This document shows positions 12,736 through 26,711 of a stretch of 64,000 bases of DNA, piece by piece. Within the stretch, counting starts at the first letter, position 1. Each line of letters begins with the position of its first letter. The translations under genes and the position numbers were made by a program. The notes under the pieces are model-generated. The model made no database searches. It saw only the letters and a list, made by a program, of their open reading frames with translations, and had not been told where the DNA came from. Source of the DNA: Diadema antillarum (lineage: Eukaryota); contig NW_027271798.1 of assembly GCF_040938485.1 (NCBI RefSeq), positions 248,001 to 312,000 on the forward strand. Direction: 5' to 3'.

Positions 12736-15700
12736 CCTTCTTCCCCCCCCCCCCCCCCATGTACAGTATGCATGAAGGCTTTCATTCAGTCATATATCAC
12801 AAATACAAATTACCTCAAAGATAATAATGTTTTCAAATCAACTTGTAGCATCAAAGGAGGAGCTAGAACAATGTATATCAGTCTAGAACTATTTTTATGA
12901 TAACAGTTGAATGCCAGCTGGTCAGGGAACTTATGCTATGGGGACCTTTACTGTAGGAATTCCTGTTTTGTTATGTAATTGAAACCACTTTTGTTTGTCC
13001 TTAGAAGTTTACATGAAGGAGTCTTAGTTTGGGGGACATGTAATGACTACAAGTACATGTAGCATGCATCACAAAAACATCCATGAAGGAAGTGTTTCAT
13101 ATGAGAAAAAGCCAAATTATTGGCAGTTTAATAGTTTCATGGTAAATATTACTTGAGTACTTTATTGTCTGTTCAATCATTACTAAACTGAATGATTGTA
13201 ATGCAGATTTGTTCTTGTACTCCTGTACTGGTTTTGTATTAATTACTGATGCTTACATTTCGCTGTGTTTGTGCAATGTCAATCTTTCAGTAGGGTTCTT
13301 CATCCTGTCAAGACCTGAGCAATACATCATACATTCTATTGTATGAATGCACTGCCTGTTGTTCAAGCATCAACTGACGAATGCAGTGATCATATATTGT
13401 ATAGAGGACTGCCAAGGCTCGGGGTAGAACACGTGCAACTGAAATATTGCATCTACTTCCTGATTGAAATCCCCTCTGCCCATAGCAGGTTCACATGCTT
13501 TGTGCACTGCAGACCTTGTGTATCATAGACTATATTAGCTGGTACCATGTTAGTATAGCTGTAAATCCACACTAGAATATTAGCCATTTATCATTCATGT
13601 TGTGATAAGAAGGTGAAGATTTACTGCAGACAGTATGTGAAGGCCATGAACTATAAAATCTTTATAAAAGGTACTAGTAGTAATGTCAAATACAGAATTA
13701 CTCTGTATAGCATGAATGCTGCACAAGAAAAGTGAGATAAAATTTTTGAGCAAATGAGACAAAATAGATATGTACCAAATATGCATGTTACATGTACAAT
13801 CTGTAGTTGCTGTTACTCTGTCATATAGCATCCCACTCATCTGTGTTGTTTATTTGTTTGTTTGGTTTTCTTTTTTCATACATGACAAGTAAGGTACACT
13901 CCACCCCTCTCTTCTTCTTTCATGGAAAATGACTGCACTGATGCTACTTACTATTTTCATGAATCTCCCTGCTTTGGCTTGTGACGACTTCTGTTTAGAT
14001 AATTGTTCACTCACAGCTATGGGCTATTTTTAACTTATTTGTATAACACTCGGTTTACAAGTACAGGCAGCTACGTGCAGTAATGTGTAAGGATAGTCTC
14101 AAAGTGCAATTAGGGTGCAAGGTAATTTACACATAAATACTGGTATGTCTCCCCCCCCCCCCCCCCCCCCCCCCCCCAAAGCAACAGAAAAGGTATTGCA
14201 AAACTTTGCTTTCCTGTCATGGTAATATTAAGTATTAAAGGTCCAGTTTACCTTTGGGAGCAGTGATTTACAAAAATATTCAAGATATTACATTTGATGC
14301 ATATGTGTAGGTATGTTGTATCACAAAACATCCTACATCCTACATTCGCAATAAAGCCTTAAAAGGAGATAATCAGTATTTTTCTGAATAAACCATAACT
14401 GTAGACGGTTTATTCTGAAAGCATTCTTATTATAACTATTGTTCAGTTTTTGTGTATTTAACAATACTTCACATCGATTATACGGATTCTAATTTTTATA
14501 GTGGATTTTTCTATCCCTAACTCACATTCTAGAACTATTTTAAAACATTAATGGTGGGTTTTTGTTTTATCTGCAAATGGTAAATTATGCCTTTGAGACA
14601 AATGGCATCATTTGATCAGTTGTTCAAGAAATGTTTTTTACCCTCAAAATTCACATGACGATAAGTTCTGGCAATTTAGAATTGTCCATTCATTAACAGA
14701 CAAAACTGAATTCTGCCAGTTCCCCCCCCCCCCCCCTTACTTGTGTAGTAAACAACTGTACATGATCTTCAGGATTTCTTGTTTTATTTCAGATTTTTTT
14801 TTTTCATTTTCTATTTTGCATGGTTGTAAATATGAGAATGTGCATACATGATCGCTTATTTCGACACAGTTTTGCCAGTTTCTGTTATGATTGTCTATAT
14901 CAACTGTACCAGAGGCTTTGAGGTTTTATTTACTGTGTTTGAAGAGATTATTATATGAGTAGGAACCTCACCTGCAAGTCAAAATGTTGTTCGTGCTGGA
15001 AAAAAAATAACTGCCTTCGTAGGATAAGGTAAAGCATAGCATCCTGATGATCGTAATTGATGTTCTTTGGAGGCCAAGCTCTGTTTATTATGAGTGACCA
15101 CCTGTAGAATGAGTCATAGTACACTCATGTTTTCATGTGACTGTCTTTAAAGAAGACATCAGTTTATCATAAGTGCAGGTATGATATTGACATGATAAAC
15201 ATGATGAAGAGCAAATCGTGTAAGATCTTGTGCTGACATTGGTAGTTCTCTTATCTGCAATGTAGTTACACTCATAATTACTGATATCAAGATCCATATA
15301 GTTTGATCCAGGGTTAGATTGGCTGCATCAAAGTTTTGTTTTTGTGTTTGTGTACCGGTATGTGTAAGTGTGTGTGTGTGTGATATTTTATGTACAAAGG
15401 TCGGTGATGCACATGATTTGCAATACGTATTAAAAATTGCTAAATCAACTTTTAAAAGCGAACATTATGTAGTTACTATCCTTGACACAAATTATGTAAA
15501 ATGTCTAAATATTACATGAAAGTGCACAAAATATAAGACTCAAAAGTAGGGCTAATTTATCATACCTGATTCTCAGAATTATTGCTGGTTAGACAAAACA
15601 TCTGGAATTGTATCCAAATTCCTTCAGGATATGAAATTGACGAGATTTTCTGTAGAGTTAGTAGAGGAGAAACAAGCCTGCAGTCCTTTATATACATGCA

Positions 15701-17497
15701 GAGGTCCTTTTAACTTTGAATTATGCTGAAAACTTTTTGACCAATGTTGTATACAATGTACTTGGGCCCTAATATCATTTACAATAACACTAATATTGAA
15801 ATGTTAGAAACTGCATAGGTTTACAAATGCAGGCTATGATGCAGGTACATCCATAAAAGTTAAGCGAAATACCCTTGACAATACTGTACAGTATGCTTAT
15901 TTCACAGTGTCTTTATTTTCTAGAATTTTATAACTCAACCAATATTTGTGAATGAAGATTTCGCAGAAATACTGGTATTGCCTCCCATAATTATTTTATG
16001 CATTTTATGCCATATATACAATTGTACACAGTGAGAAATTGATCTTTTAAGTGCAAAGTGATGATAGTTTGTGCTCATTCTAACAGTGTGATTGTCCATC
16101 ATGAATTCAACCACTTGGGAAGTGGTCTTACAACTGTACAAGTTCCAATTCTTGAAATGTGTCACATTTATAATAACTTGCTTTATTGATTAAATATTGC
16201 TTATTTACCATTATATCTCTCATGCTGTGGTATACAATATATTTACACCTGTAGGCATTTTATAATCAGTCCATTCTCTAAAAGATATGAGAATACTGCA
16301 TCATACAAGGTACAACCATTGTGCATGTAGAAGTCTTCCTTGTCAGTTCCTGTTGTTTAGAACTACCAAATGTCTTTACAGCCCAGAAGTGTGCTAGTAT
16401 AAGATCTCATCGCATTTGTGTTAACTTTAATAGTTTTAATCCTTTTACAACAAAAAGAGGGTTTGTTTGTGATGTAAAGGTCTCATTTGTGCCATAAATG
16501 CATTTTTTTTTGCTTTGTTTTATTTTGATTTGATTTGATTTGTTTTGTTTTGTCATGGCATACTAAGTATTTGTGAATATGTAGGCCCTATTGGCTCATG
16601 TCTGCAAAAGTACAGTTGTATGTACCATGTATGTAGATATTTTGTGCACTGCCACTAAACGTAGAGCATGATGCTACTTCCATGACTCAGTTAAATGTAT
16701 GAAGGCTGCAAAAAATTCTTTTAACCCTGTTTTCATAAAATCTGACACCTATGGCTATAAACTGTTGTCAGTGATATGAGAAAGCAAGTCATGAGAAGTA
16801 TCAGTGTTTATCATTTTGGTCCATTCTTGTAGTATATTTTAAAAAGCAAGTACAGTTGCAGCATGTCGGGGCAACAAAAGGCTATCCTACCAGATGCAGT
16901 AATCTTCATCTTCAAAACTATTTTGGCAAAAGAATTGGCATTGCATATTTGCAGCAGTACTCTTACTGCATTCTTAGTGAATCTCTGAGAGCCAGAAGGA
17001 CATTAACTCTGTACCAAGTCTGTGGAGTTACTGCCACAAATTTGTGAATATGACACTACATGTAGGTGGCTGTACTCTAATGTACAATTAACTGAGCGAT
17101 ACATATTCATGGTAGAAGCCTCATGACAGTATTATGACAACATACTGTAGTCAGTAGATACTTCCTAGTAGACTTCTTTTTATGGGAATGATGGATTTGT
17201 GCAGCAAAACTAGATCCGAATTAGTTTGAGGTGTGGTAGACTGGGAACAAAGATCAAAAGCCTGAACCCATGAAGTTTGTTCTCACAGAGCTTTGCGAGG
17301 GATGTCATTGTTACAATGAGGACTATTACTGCACATGATACAAACCAAGGTGGATAGATCTATTAACCGTAAAGGTACAGTGTACATTCACCTGAGAAAT
17401 AAAGGAGTATTAAATACAGTGGTAATCCGTTGTTTCCATTCTCACTGGCAAAATACCATGGTAATAGGTATTGCGATATTTCAGTTGTTACCATTCT

Positions 17498-17501
<4 letters not shown>

Positions 17502-17551
<50 letters not shown>
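17502..17551. repeat. (CA)n microsatellite
   Basis: perfect CA run of about 25 units; source of the HTHTHT ORFs. Confidence 0.98.
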
Positions 17552-17553
<2 letters not shown>

Positions 17554-20500
17554 GTATTTCTGGCCAGAAAGTACTCTTCTCTGTGGTAAACAATGCACAA
17601 TATGCATATCTCCTATGAGGGACAAAACAGGAAGTTTGTTAGATCACGTGAGAAATAAGTGTATTTTGTGACAATAACGTTGAAAGCTTGCATGTGAATT
17701 TGGTGTGAAGTTTGAATTACCACCCTAAATACCATGGTATTTTTGCTGTGTATTTTGCGGCATTATTTGTTTTCACATTACAAAATACTGTAATATTTTG
17801 CTGTAAATGCGAATCAACCAAATATGTTTGCATGTAGGCAACAACTCATGTTTGACATTTTGATTTCTTCAGTTGGAGCTCACAATTTATTTTGCATCAT
17901 ATTACGTGTTGTATTTGTATGTTCACTCATTATTGTGTATCTTCATTCATTGATTTAATTCATTTATTTCCACAATTCATGAAGTATAGACTGTAAAGAA
18001 ATTACAGACTAATGTAACATATTGGACAAAATATGAATGTGGTGAGGGTCAAGAGAAGCTTTGACATTAAAACTTACCAATTGTAAACTTTTGTATCACT
18101 AATTATATCGATTAAAAATAAATCTTATTCAAGAGGTTACAAAGATTTCAGAGTATGAGAAAAAAAATTATAGTGATATAGTTAGAATGGGCAGTGTGTA
18201 ACACAGTACATGTACAGGTATAGATGGAGAGAAGTGCTGGAAATCAGGTTATCTGTGTGACAAGGAAATGTGGTATGATTTGAACAGTTCTTCACCGTTT
18301 ATATATGTGGTTGAAAGCAAATATGTTGCACACAAAAAAAAAAAAAAATGAATAAGACTTTCATCTTTCTCCAGTCTGCATACACCTTGTGCTAGTCATA
18401 GGATGATGTACAAATCAACATCAGTCCATTTCCCTAGAGAGCACAGTATCATGATTGCCTTCACAGAGAGCAAGTCATAGGGCAGTCATTCATCCTCCTT
18501 TACTGCATATCATTATCAGCCTTCACTCTCCATCATGTTGTCTGTCTGTGTGCAAGGGGAACATGATATCTTTGCTACAACTCAGGGATATCTTCAGTAT
18601 CTGCCTAGTTATAGGTTGAACATTGCTCAAATTGTTCTGTTCTTGACTCTGCAAGATTTGATGTGTTTGTGTACTGCATCGGATGAGAAATTAAAAATAA
18701 TGGAGATATCCAGAGATAATAGCCACTGTGCACATGTGCAAGTGGAACAAAGGCAACAAATTCCTGAAATTGATGGCATATGAGGCAAATGTAGGTCCTA
18801 ATAGTAGTTATAGCAGGTAGAATTGTAAAGTCATCAATGAATGCTGTGTTGCATGGATAACTTTTTAACCATAGCAGTGTCAATCTGACTGATGTGGTGG
18901 TAGTATCACTCATCAAAGATGCCTCATTCTGTTTTGGATATAACCACAAGTTGTTACAAGTAAAGCAGCATTGCAGTTTAATGAGTAATGTGGCTATGAC
19001 AGCCATACAACACTAACAGCAGCAACATTCGTTCAGCATTGTGGATTGTTGTTTTCACTGGCATTCAAGTGACTGTACATCATACAAATATTTGTAGTTC
19101 TTCTGGTAGATTACATTGAACTCTATAGAAACTTCATCCCTCTGACTAAACTCATACATATGACAGTTTCATCTTCCGAATGTTATTCCTTTGATTCAGA
19201 ATGAGCTGTACATTTGTAATTAACCCCATACAGCAGTCTAGACAAATATTTGCACTTCAAACAATTGGAAGTGCACTGCAAGTGTGTGGGAAAAGATTAA
19301 AAAAACACAATTACATAATTAAGTAAGTACATTGTAGTGCATTAAATGATGAATAATAAAGAGAGAGAGAGAGAGAGAGGGAAAAAACCCTTAACATAAT
19401 TTAAAGGCAATTAAGGTACTGAATTCTAAATGGAGTGGTATATAGATGCTGTGATGCTACATTGTAGCTTTATTAGATAATTAGGCAGCCCCAACTACAG
19501 TTTATTAACCTTTGTGTAGTGGCTTCATAAATAAGGTTCAGACAAGATACTTACAAGCACTTATTCTGTTATTGCAGACACCACTTCATTTATTATGATA
19601 GAATACTTCACAAAGTATTCTCTTCCGTAGCAAAATGATCATCTCCTCCAACCGCATTGTAGTTTTGCTTCCACTCAAGTTATTTCCTCTTGTCAGAATT
19701 GTAATGGCTTGTCATATAACATACTGTATCCGAGGCTCATGTTATTGACTACATGTAGGAACACCATGACTGTATCTTCAAGAGAGTGTGCATCCTATCT
19801 GATTGTGCAGTATCTCTGGCAAGGAAGGCACTGGTACAATACAATGTATTGCTTCTTTCCATCTATAGTTGTATATTTGACATCAAACAGAAACATAGGC
19901 CCAAAGTCAAAAAGTAGTTTTAGTTTAGCCCACATATTATGCAAATTTTATTTGTGTTAATGTTCATAGTAGATGACATATGCCAAGAGACATCCAATAA
20001 TTAACGTGCGCTGACACGTGTGTATGAAGAGTCTACCTATTTCATACTTTTTTAATCTATGGACTTAATTTAGACCATGGATTTGATTCAAACTTCCTTT
20101 TTGAATTCAGGCAATAACATTGTTTGTGCCCAGAGTTTATATGAAAAAAAAGAAAAGAAAAGAGATAAATTTGGAATAGAAAGTAGGACATGTACACATG
20201 ATGCCAGCTGGAAAGCTATTGGTGTGTTTATGTCCATTATAAGATGGCCAATATGTACAGTGTATATATACATGAAATCAAATTTGTGCAACATGTTTCT
20301 AATCATATTTAGAGTTACCAGCCATTTAGATTCTGAAATGAGTCTGCGATCTTAAACTCCAAACAGCATTCCATTTAAAACAACTGTGTCTCAAACTCCT
20401 TATATAGTCAGCACTAATTAAAAACAGCTATGTTTCAAACTCCATATAGGCCTATGTAGCCTATCAATCTAACATACAGCTCTATGTGTCGAGACACTCT

Positions 20501-20915
20501 GGATTAAAAGTGTATTCAATAATAATAATAATTCACAATATCTATATAGCGCATTATCACATGAAAATGTCTCTAATTGATACACATTAATATTCATATT
20601 TGACTAGCTTGCTCTCGTTTAGTTAAGTAAAAACAGGATATTTTGATTTTGCTCCTCCCCCCTTTAAAAAAAATGGTTCAAATTTTGTAGATGACAAATT
20701 ATGCATTCTAGTAGAATCGAGCAAAACTTGATTGGAAAATACCTCTGGACTGTGACTGGCCAAATGTATTTTTAGAAACACAATAGACAAAAAGAGATTG
20801 TAGTTTTGCTTTCTGATTCACAAAAGTAACACAAATAGCTTGAAACTTGTATGTAAATGAATGTAAAAAGAAGTTCTTGGAGGATTGTGGAAGGGTTCAT
20901 TGTTTCCCCTCTACC

Positions 20916-21477
20916 TTAAAGGGATGGTATAGCATTGGTTGAAATGAGGATTCAGCTTTTAATGTTTAGCGAGATATTTAGAAACCTCCCTATGAAATGT
21001 TAAAGAGCATACAATTCTAAGGGGAATTTAAGGTTTATTTGATGAAAATTGGTTTTGAAATGACTGAGATATCCCAAAACAAGGTAAAACAAAGCAATCC
21101 TAATAAAAGTCGTGGCCTGTCACAGTTTATTAGGGTTGCCTCGTTGGGGGTCTAGGGCAATTACACCCTGGGCAATTACCCCAGATCCTTCCCCTGGCCC
21201 TAATCCTAATCCTAATCCTAATCCTGAACCTAATCCTAACCCTAACCCAAACTCCTAACCCTAAACCTAACCCTAATCTTTATTCTAACTTTACCACTAA
21301 CCAGTATTTAGCCGGGGGGGGGGGGGGGGGGGGATTGCCCTCTGGGGGTAATTGCCCGGATACGCTCATTGGATATGTCTGCCATTTCAAGACCAAGTTT
21401 CATCAAATAAACTTTGAATTTCTCTAAGAATTACATGTTCTTTCATATTTCATAAGGGGTTTTGCTTTATCTCACAA

Positions 21478-21536
<59 letters not shown>

Positions 21537-21584
21537 GTTGGAAAGTTGCAGTCCCATCTGAACCAAAACTGAACTACCCCTTTA
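20916..21584. mobile_element. TTAA-type MITE family A with nested insertion and (CA)n expansion
   Basis: left end ttaaagggatggtatag, right end actacccctttag; homologous to 36159-36549; interrupted at 21148-21364 and by CA repeat at about 21479-21534. Confidence 0.82.
21148..21364. mobile_element. small element with telomere-like (CCTAAY)n tract and G20 run, 8-bp TSD (hAT-like)
   Basis: gggcaattacccc / ggggtaattgccc inverted ends; cctaat/ccctaa repeats at about 21198-21278; flanks ctcgttgg / ctcattgg. Confidence 0.72.
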
Positions 21585-21791
21585 GCTCTTCAAGGACCAG
21601 GGTAACATCAGATCTGCTGGGAGTCTCTCTAATGCCTCTGTCTCCCAACACAGCCTTCTGTATAACTGTAGTCCTGCCCACCTTTTCACTGGTGCTAGTT
21701 GTTGTTGAAAAAAGTGAATACAAGTCACACTGAAATATCATTCATTGGTCTTCTTCCATACAGGTGACCAAAAAGCATTAAGGAAATGATA

Positions 21792-22002
21792 TACTGTAAT
21801 ACGAGGAATGTTCGCATGCATTTTAATTCTGCAAATTTCGCGAGAGCCAGGATACGCAAAATTAAAATGCATGTGAAAGTTCTTGTCTACACTATACACA
21901 TTGAATGTTAGAGGCAACTCACAAAAATTTCATGCTGCGAAAAAGGCCGTCGGCTCCAATTCGTGAAAATTTCATGCCATGAAAATATTGTGTTTTACAG
22001 TA
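21792..22002 (+). mobile_element. TA-flanked MITE (Tc1/mariner-type), family C
   Basis: tactgta...tacagta ends; about 210 bp; similar to 26501-26711 and 39484-39692. Confidence 0.85.
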
Positions 22003-22948
22003 CCCTGTCTCCTACTTGCCTGAATTGGCTTTCAAGAAATGCTACTGTACTTTTAAGAGCGAAGTGTCCTTTGAAATCATTTGCCTTGCAGTGAGTTTTA
22101 ATTACCCAAGGCAAAGGGGAGAGTGTATAATGTTGTAGTCTTCAGTTGCTGGCTCTTTGTAAAGTGATACTGCTACATTTGTAGTTTTGTGTGAAATGTG
22201 CCTGTGTACCAGTATGTGGAATGAAGGCTGATGTGTTTGTTAGTAGCTTCAAGAGCAATGAATTTCTACTGGTTCCTGTTAAATGTTTTTGATTGACAAG
22301 AGTAGATATAAAGGTTTTGGGCTGACCTCTGGGATCATGTCAACATGAAGACATTATAAACCTTGAGTATGAAGACAGTTGTGCCATGAAAAAAAAAATG
22401 CTGACAAAAGCATCAACTTTCAAGTAAAAAGAAAAAACAACACAACAATAAATGCTAGTCCTTAATAAATGTGTTTTAGCTTGTTAAACTTTTTGTGTCA
22501 CAACTTGTAAATCTATTTTGCAATTTCACACAATTCGTACTTCATAGAATTTTTCATTTTCACTCAAGACAAATTGTGGACTTTTAATCTTGAAATAGAT
22601 ATTTGTTACCTGATACTGTACAAGTACTGTATAATATATTACCGGATACATTCCACTACGCATTATATTTGACACAATGAATTCTATGTATTATACATAG
22701 CAATTATCTCACGACAGTTTCTGTACAGTTAATGATCATATAGGCCTATTGCTTGACTTCAAAATTGTCTATATACTTTTCCTTCCTCCTGGTTATCTTT
22801 CAGTATTAAAAACAACGTTAAAATCTTAGTAACAGGAAAGAATGTGCTTATATTTGAGAAAGTGCAAATCAGCCACTGGTTCCCATGGGAAATGATCTTT
22901 GCACGCTACAGTAACATGAGCATAAACATCTGTAGGGTTTTGTCTCTA

Positions 22949-25030
22949 GGGCAAGTCCAAGATAACGCGCACGTTACGTATGGGACATTCAGAGACTTTT
23001 ATGACCTGAAAAATAGTGTTAATGGCCTTTGATCATATTGAACTTCATCATGGTGATTGATATCTAGGAGAAGTATAATCATGTAAAAAATTGAGAAAAA
23101 TTACCTTGACAATTATATTCTAGAAGAGAAAATATGTGCCGTTACGTATGGGACCAGAAAAATTTTGTTTTTTTGAACATTTTTTTCAACCTCAAAACTC
23201 TCTGAAAGTATATCATTCTACAACTTGTAACTCACTGTGATGAAAGTCACAACACTCAAGATTATCACAGGTAAGTTTCATGTCATTAGGCAAAAAGCTC
23301 TAATTACAGGTTCTAATTAAAGACAGACATGACGCGTTACGTATGGGACAGTTACGTATGGGACAGTTTGTCCCCCATTCATTTAGTGTGTGAAGAACCA
23401 TGTTTATGGGTATTTTGCATAATTATTGAAGTAAAATCAGTTGAAACTACTCAAATACTGATCCAGATTGTCAAGGAAACAATATTCCCTAAATATTCAC
23501 CATCATAATCATATTCAATCATATTTTTATATATTTATGACCAACCTGGGTATGCATGCCCTTTGTCCCCCATTCGTTTAGTGTGTGGAGAACCATGTTT
23601 ATGGGTATTTTGCAAAATAATTTTGCAAAATACCCATAAACAAATTTTTGCATAATTATTGAGGTGGAATCAGTTGAAATTACTCAAATACTGATCCAGA
23701 TTGACAAGGGAACAATATTCCCCAGATATTTACCATCATAATCACATTTAATCATATTCTATATTTTTATGACCAACCTTTAGTATGTATGCCCTATTTT
23801 TATCAGGATAGTTACAACTGAAAAATTGAATAGTTTAAAGTGTTTACTTCCTATGATGAAGGGCAGTTTGCCATTCAGTTTCAATAAAAATCAACTTGAC
23901 ACAAGAAATATCAAGTTTAATAAATAAGCAATACCTGCTGCATGGAACCCCAGTGATCGAGTAGATTATGATGTCTGTCTAGCAGTCAGGTCATTGATTC
24001 GAGTCACACCTCAGTATGTATACCCATGAATTTTGTTGTGGCTACTATTGAAAACTGAATAAGGACAATTTGTGTATCACTTGCAATAAATAAAAAAATC
24101 ATTTTACTTTATTTTTTTTTACGACCATTTCAAATTCGAACTCCATACATAAACTTTGAATTCCTCTAGTCTTACGATTGTATGCTCTTAAGTAATTCAT
24201 ATAATTGGTTTCCAATCATCTCATTAAATGTTGAAAACTGAATCCTCATTTCTACAAAAAACTATACCATCCCTTTAATGCTGATTTTTCATTGTGTATT
24301 TTGCCATTTTCCCCTCCCCCTTTCTGAAAATTGTTCAGTCAAGTTCATGTATTGTTTAAAGTGTCTATAACTCAAAAAGTAGCTACAATGTTGGGATGCT
24401 TTCTTCAGGATGATTGACCATATGTGTACTGAGAGACCTTCCCAGCTAGCTACATGCATTCACATGCAATATGTATGAGGATGTCCCATACGTAACGCAT
24501 TTGTCCCATACGCAACATTATTTCAATGCCTAATAAAAAATGTTTCTTTTACTTTTTTTTTCTTTTTTCTCTGGTATTTAATTTCTCTAAACAATAAATT
24601 AGAACTTTCCAAAAGGGCATTAAAATAACCTTAGCAATTTTAGAAAAAACCTAAAAAAATGACCTCATTTTGTTACGTATGGGACATCTCATGATAGGAC
24701 ACGAGCTAATTTGCATAATCATTTGCATAATCCCTAAATTTTCATACCAAGTTAAACTATGTGATGAACTTCTTATGTCCACATATAAATCAAATATCAT
24801 TTGCTTTCCTTTGAATTAATATGAATTTTTATAAATGTCCCATACGTAACGCTGTGTTTCACATTTATGCAAATGAAGCCCTTGAAATTTGCATAAATTT
24901 ACATAATATCATTTTTTCCTCCATGGAAATCAAAACTTCAACTCATAAGCTTCAAAATGATACCAAACATGTCAATATTGATCGAAGATGAAATTTTGCC
25001 TTCTGAGGGGACCTTATCTTGGACTTGCCC
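22949..25030. mobile_element. 2.1-kb non-autonomous DNA transposon, Sola2-like termini
   Basis: perfect 17-bp TIR gggcaagtccaagataa; TCTA duplicated on both sides; repeated gttacgtatgggac motif, inverted at the right end; no transposase ORF. Confidence 0.8.
24120..24278. mobile_element. right arm of MITE family A nested in the 22949-25030 element
   Basis: ends actataccatccctttaa, homologous to the 36.4-36.55 kb arm. Confidence 0.7.
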
Positions 25031-25171
25031 TCTAAAGCTAAATATATGAATGCAATGATTCAAAGGACTTGCGACATCACAGGCACGGTACAACATGATG
25101 GAAATACTGCATATTTTGCAAAGGGATGAATGATATTCATAAGAACATGTAATGAATATAGGTCAGGAAAC

Positions 25172-25340
25172 NNNNNNNNNNNNNNNNNNNNNNNNNNNNN
25201 NNNNNNNNNNNNNNNNNNNNNNNNNNNNNNNNNNNNNNNNNNNNNNNNNNNNNNNNNNNNNNNNNNNNNNNNNNNNNNNNNNNNNNNNNNNNNNNNNNNN
25301 NNNNNNNNNNNNNNNNNNNNNNNNNNNNNNNNNNNNNNNN
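25172..25340. other. assembly gap (169 N)
   Basis: run of n. Confidence 1.
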
Positions 25341-25656
25341 AACCCATGATAGTAGAATAGCAGTACATAAAGCAGTGGTACTACATGTAGTCTCAGCTGC
25401 ATTATGCACAGTTGTAGGTTCATCCATGGAAGAACAGGAAAGGCAATGCTTGCTACTGGCACACCTGAGGCACAGAATACAGACGCCTCCCTTCACCTCA
25501 GCCAAGGCCTACAGGCAGTAAACCAGAACCACCCCATAGCTAATGAAGGGCATGCAAGGACTATGATGCCTACTTCCATGGAATTTGAATACCTCAGATC
25601 ACTGGTAGAAGCCTTGTTACACTTGATATGTAGGGCTTAAAGAGTAAATAGATCAG

Positions 25657-25833
25657 GGCCCCGTTGCTAGAAACTTTGCGTTTAAACGCAACTTGCAACT
25701 GATTGTCACTGGCCAATCAAAATCATTGTTGCATGCATGTCTTCTTAATAGGGCAGACCCTGAGCCAATCAGAATGGTTGTTTCAAAATTAGCAATTATT
25801 TGCAATTGATTGCAACTTTCTTGCAATGGGGCC
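25657..25833. mobile_element. Harbinger-type MITE with 3-bp CAG TSD
   Basis: cag|ggccccgttgc...gcaatggggcc|cag; carries two gccaatca (CCAAT) motifs. Confidence 0.75.
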
Positions 25834-26500
25834 CAGGCTTGGTAAGACAAAGAAAACTGAATCGTGAAATGTCATATGCAAATGTAAACCATGTATCCAT
25901 ATGTACCTGGGGTAATGGATAGTCTTACTATCAGTATCATAATCAGATTCAGTTTCCACAGACCTTGTAAAGTGTTGGTATAGTAGCTTTTCTGTAAAGT
26001 AACAATATAAAGTCAGTGTACAGATTGGATAACTGGGTAATACCCAAACAATAGCGCATTCTTAACACAAAAACTAGTACACCCCAAAATACAACAAGAG
26101 CAACATAGGCCTAATGTAATTTGAATTCATTTGCAAAATATGGTACATTTACAATGTAACCTTGCAATCTGTATTGTTTGAAACCACTCCTTTCATGCTT
26201 CAAATAAATCTTACTAATTTTTTTTTTCACATGAATAGTACAAACAGAATCTTGTGCTATTGTCAGAGTGCCAAAAAAAAAAGAGTAATTCAACCAGAAC
26301 AAATTTTGCATATCTGATGTTGATTATGAATTAACAAGTGTGTGCAATCAAATTAATCTGGGCTTTACTGAGTACACACACCGTGCATGCACAAATAATC
26401 TTTAAGAAATTGCTAATACTGGTATATGAATTGAGAGTAGAAGGGAAAGAATCCTGAAGGTATGCATCGTTATAAAATGTGTGTGTCCTAGGTAGCGCTA

Positions 26501-26711
26501 TACTGTAAAATGAGGAATGTTTGTGAGCATTTTTAATTGTGCGATTCCTCGAGAGCCAAGTTTCACAAAATCAAAATGTATGTGAAAGTTCTTGTTTACA
26601 CTATATGCATTGAATGTCAGAGGCAACTCCCAAAAATTGCATGCCGCGAAAAAGGCCGTTGGCTCCACTTCGCGAAAATTTCCTGCCGTGAAAATATCGT
26701 GTTTTACAGTA
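26501..26711 (+). mobile_element. TA-flanked MITE family C
   Basis: tactgtaaaa...ttttacagta. Confidence 0.88.

Noticed and set aside
17335-17671. His-Thr repeat ORFs
   Set aside because: Translation of a (CA)n microsatellite.
22949-23400. Repeated gttacgtatgggac motifs as a CRISPR-like array
   Set aside because: Eukaryotic context, irregular spacing and inverted copies at the other end identify them as transposon subterminal repeats.
25060-25505. ORFs spanning X runs
   Set aside because: Artefacts of the N gap.
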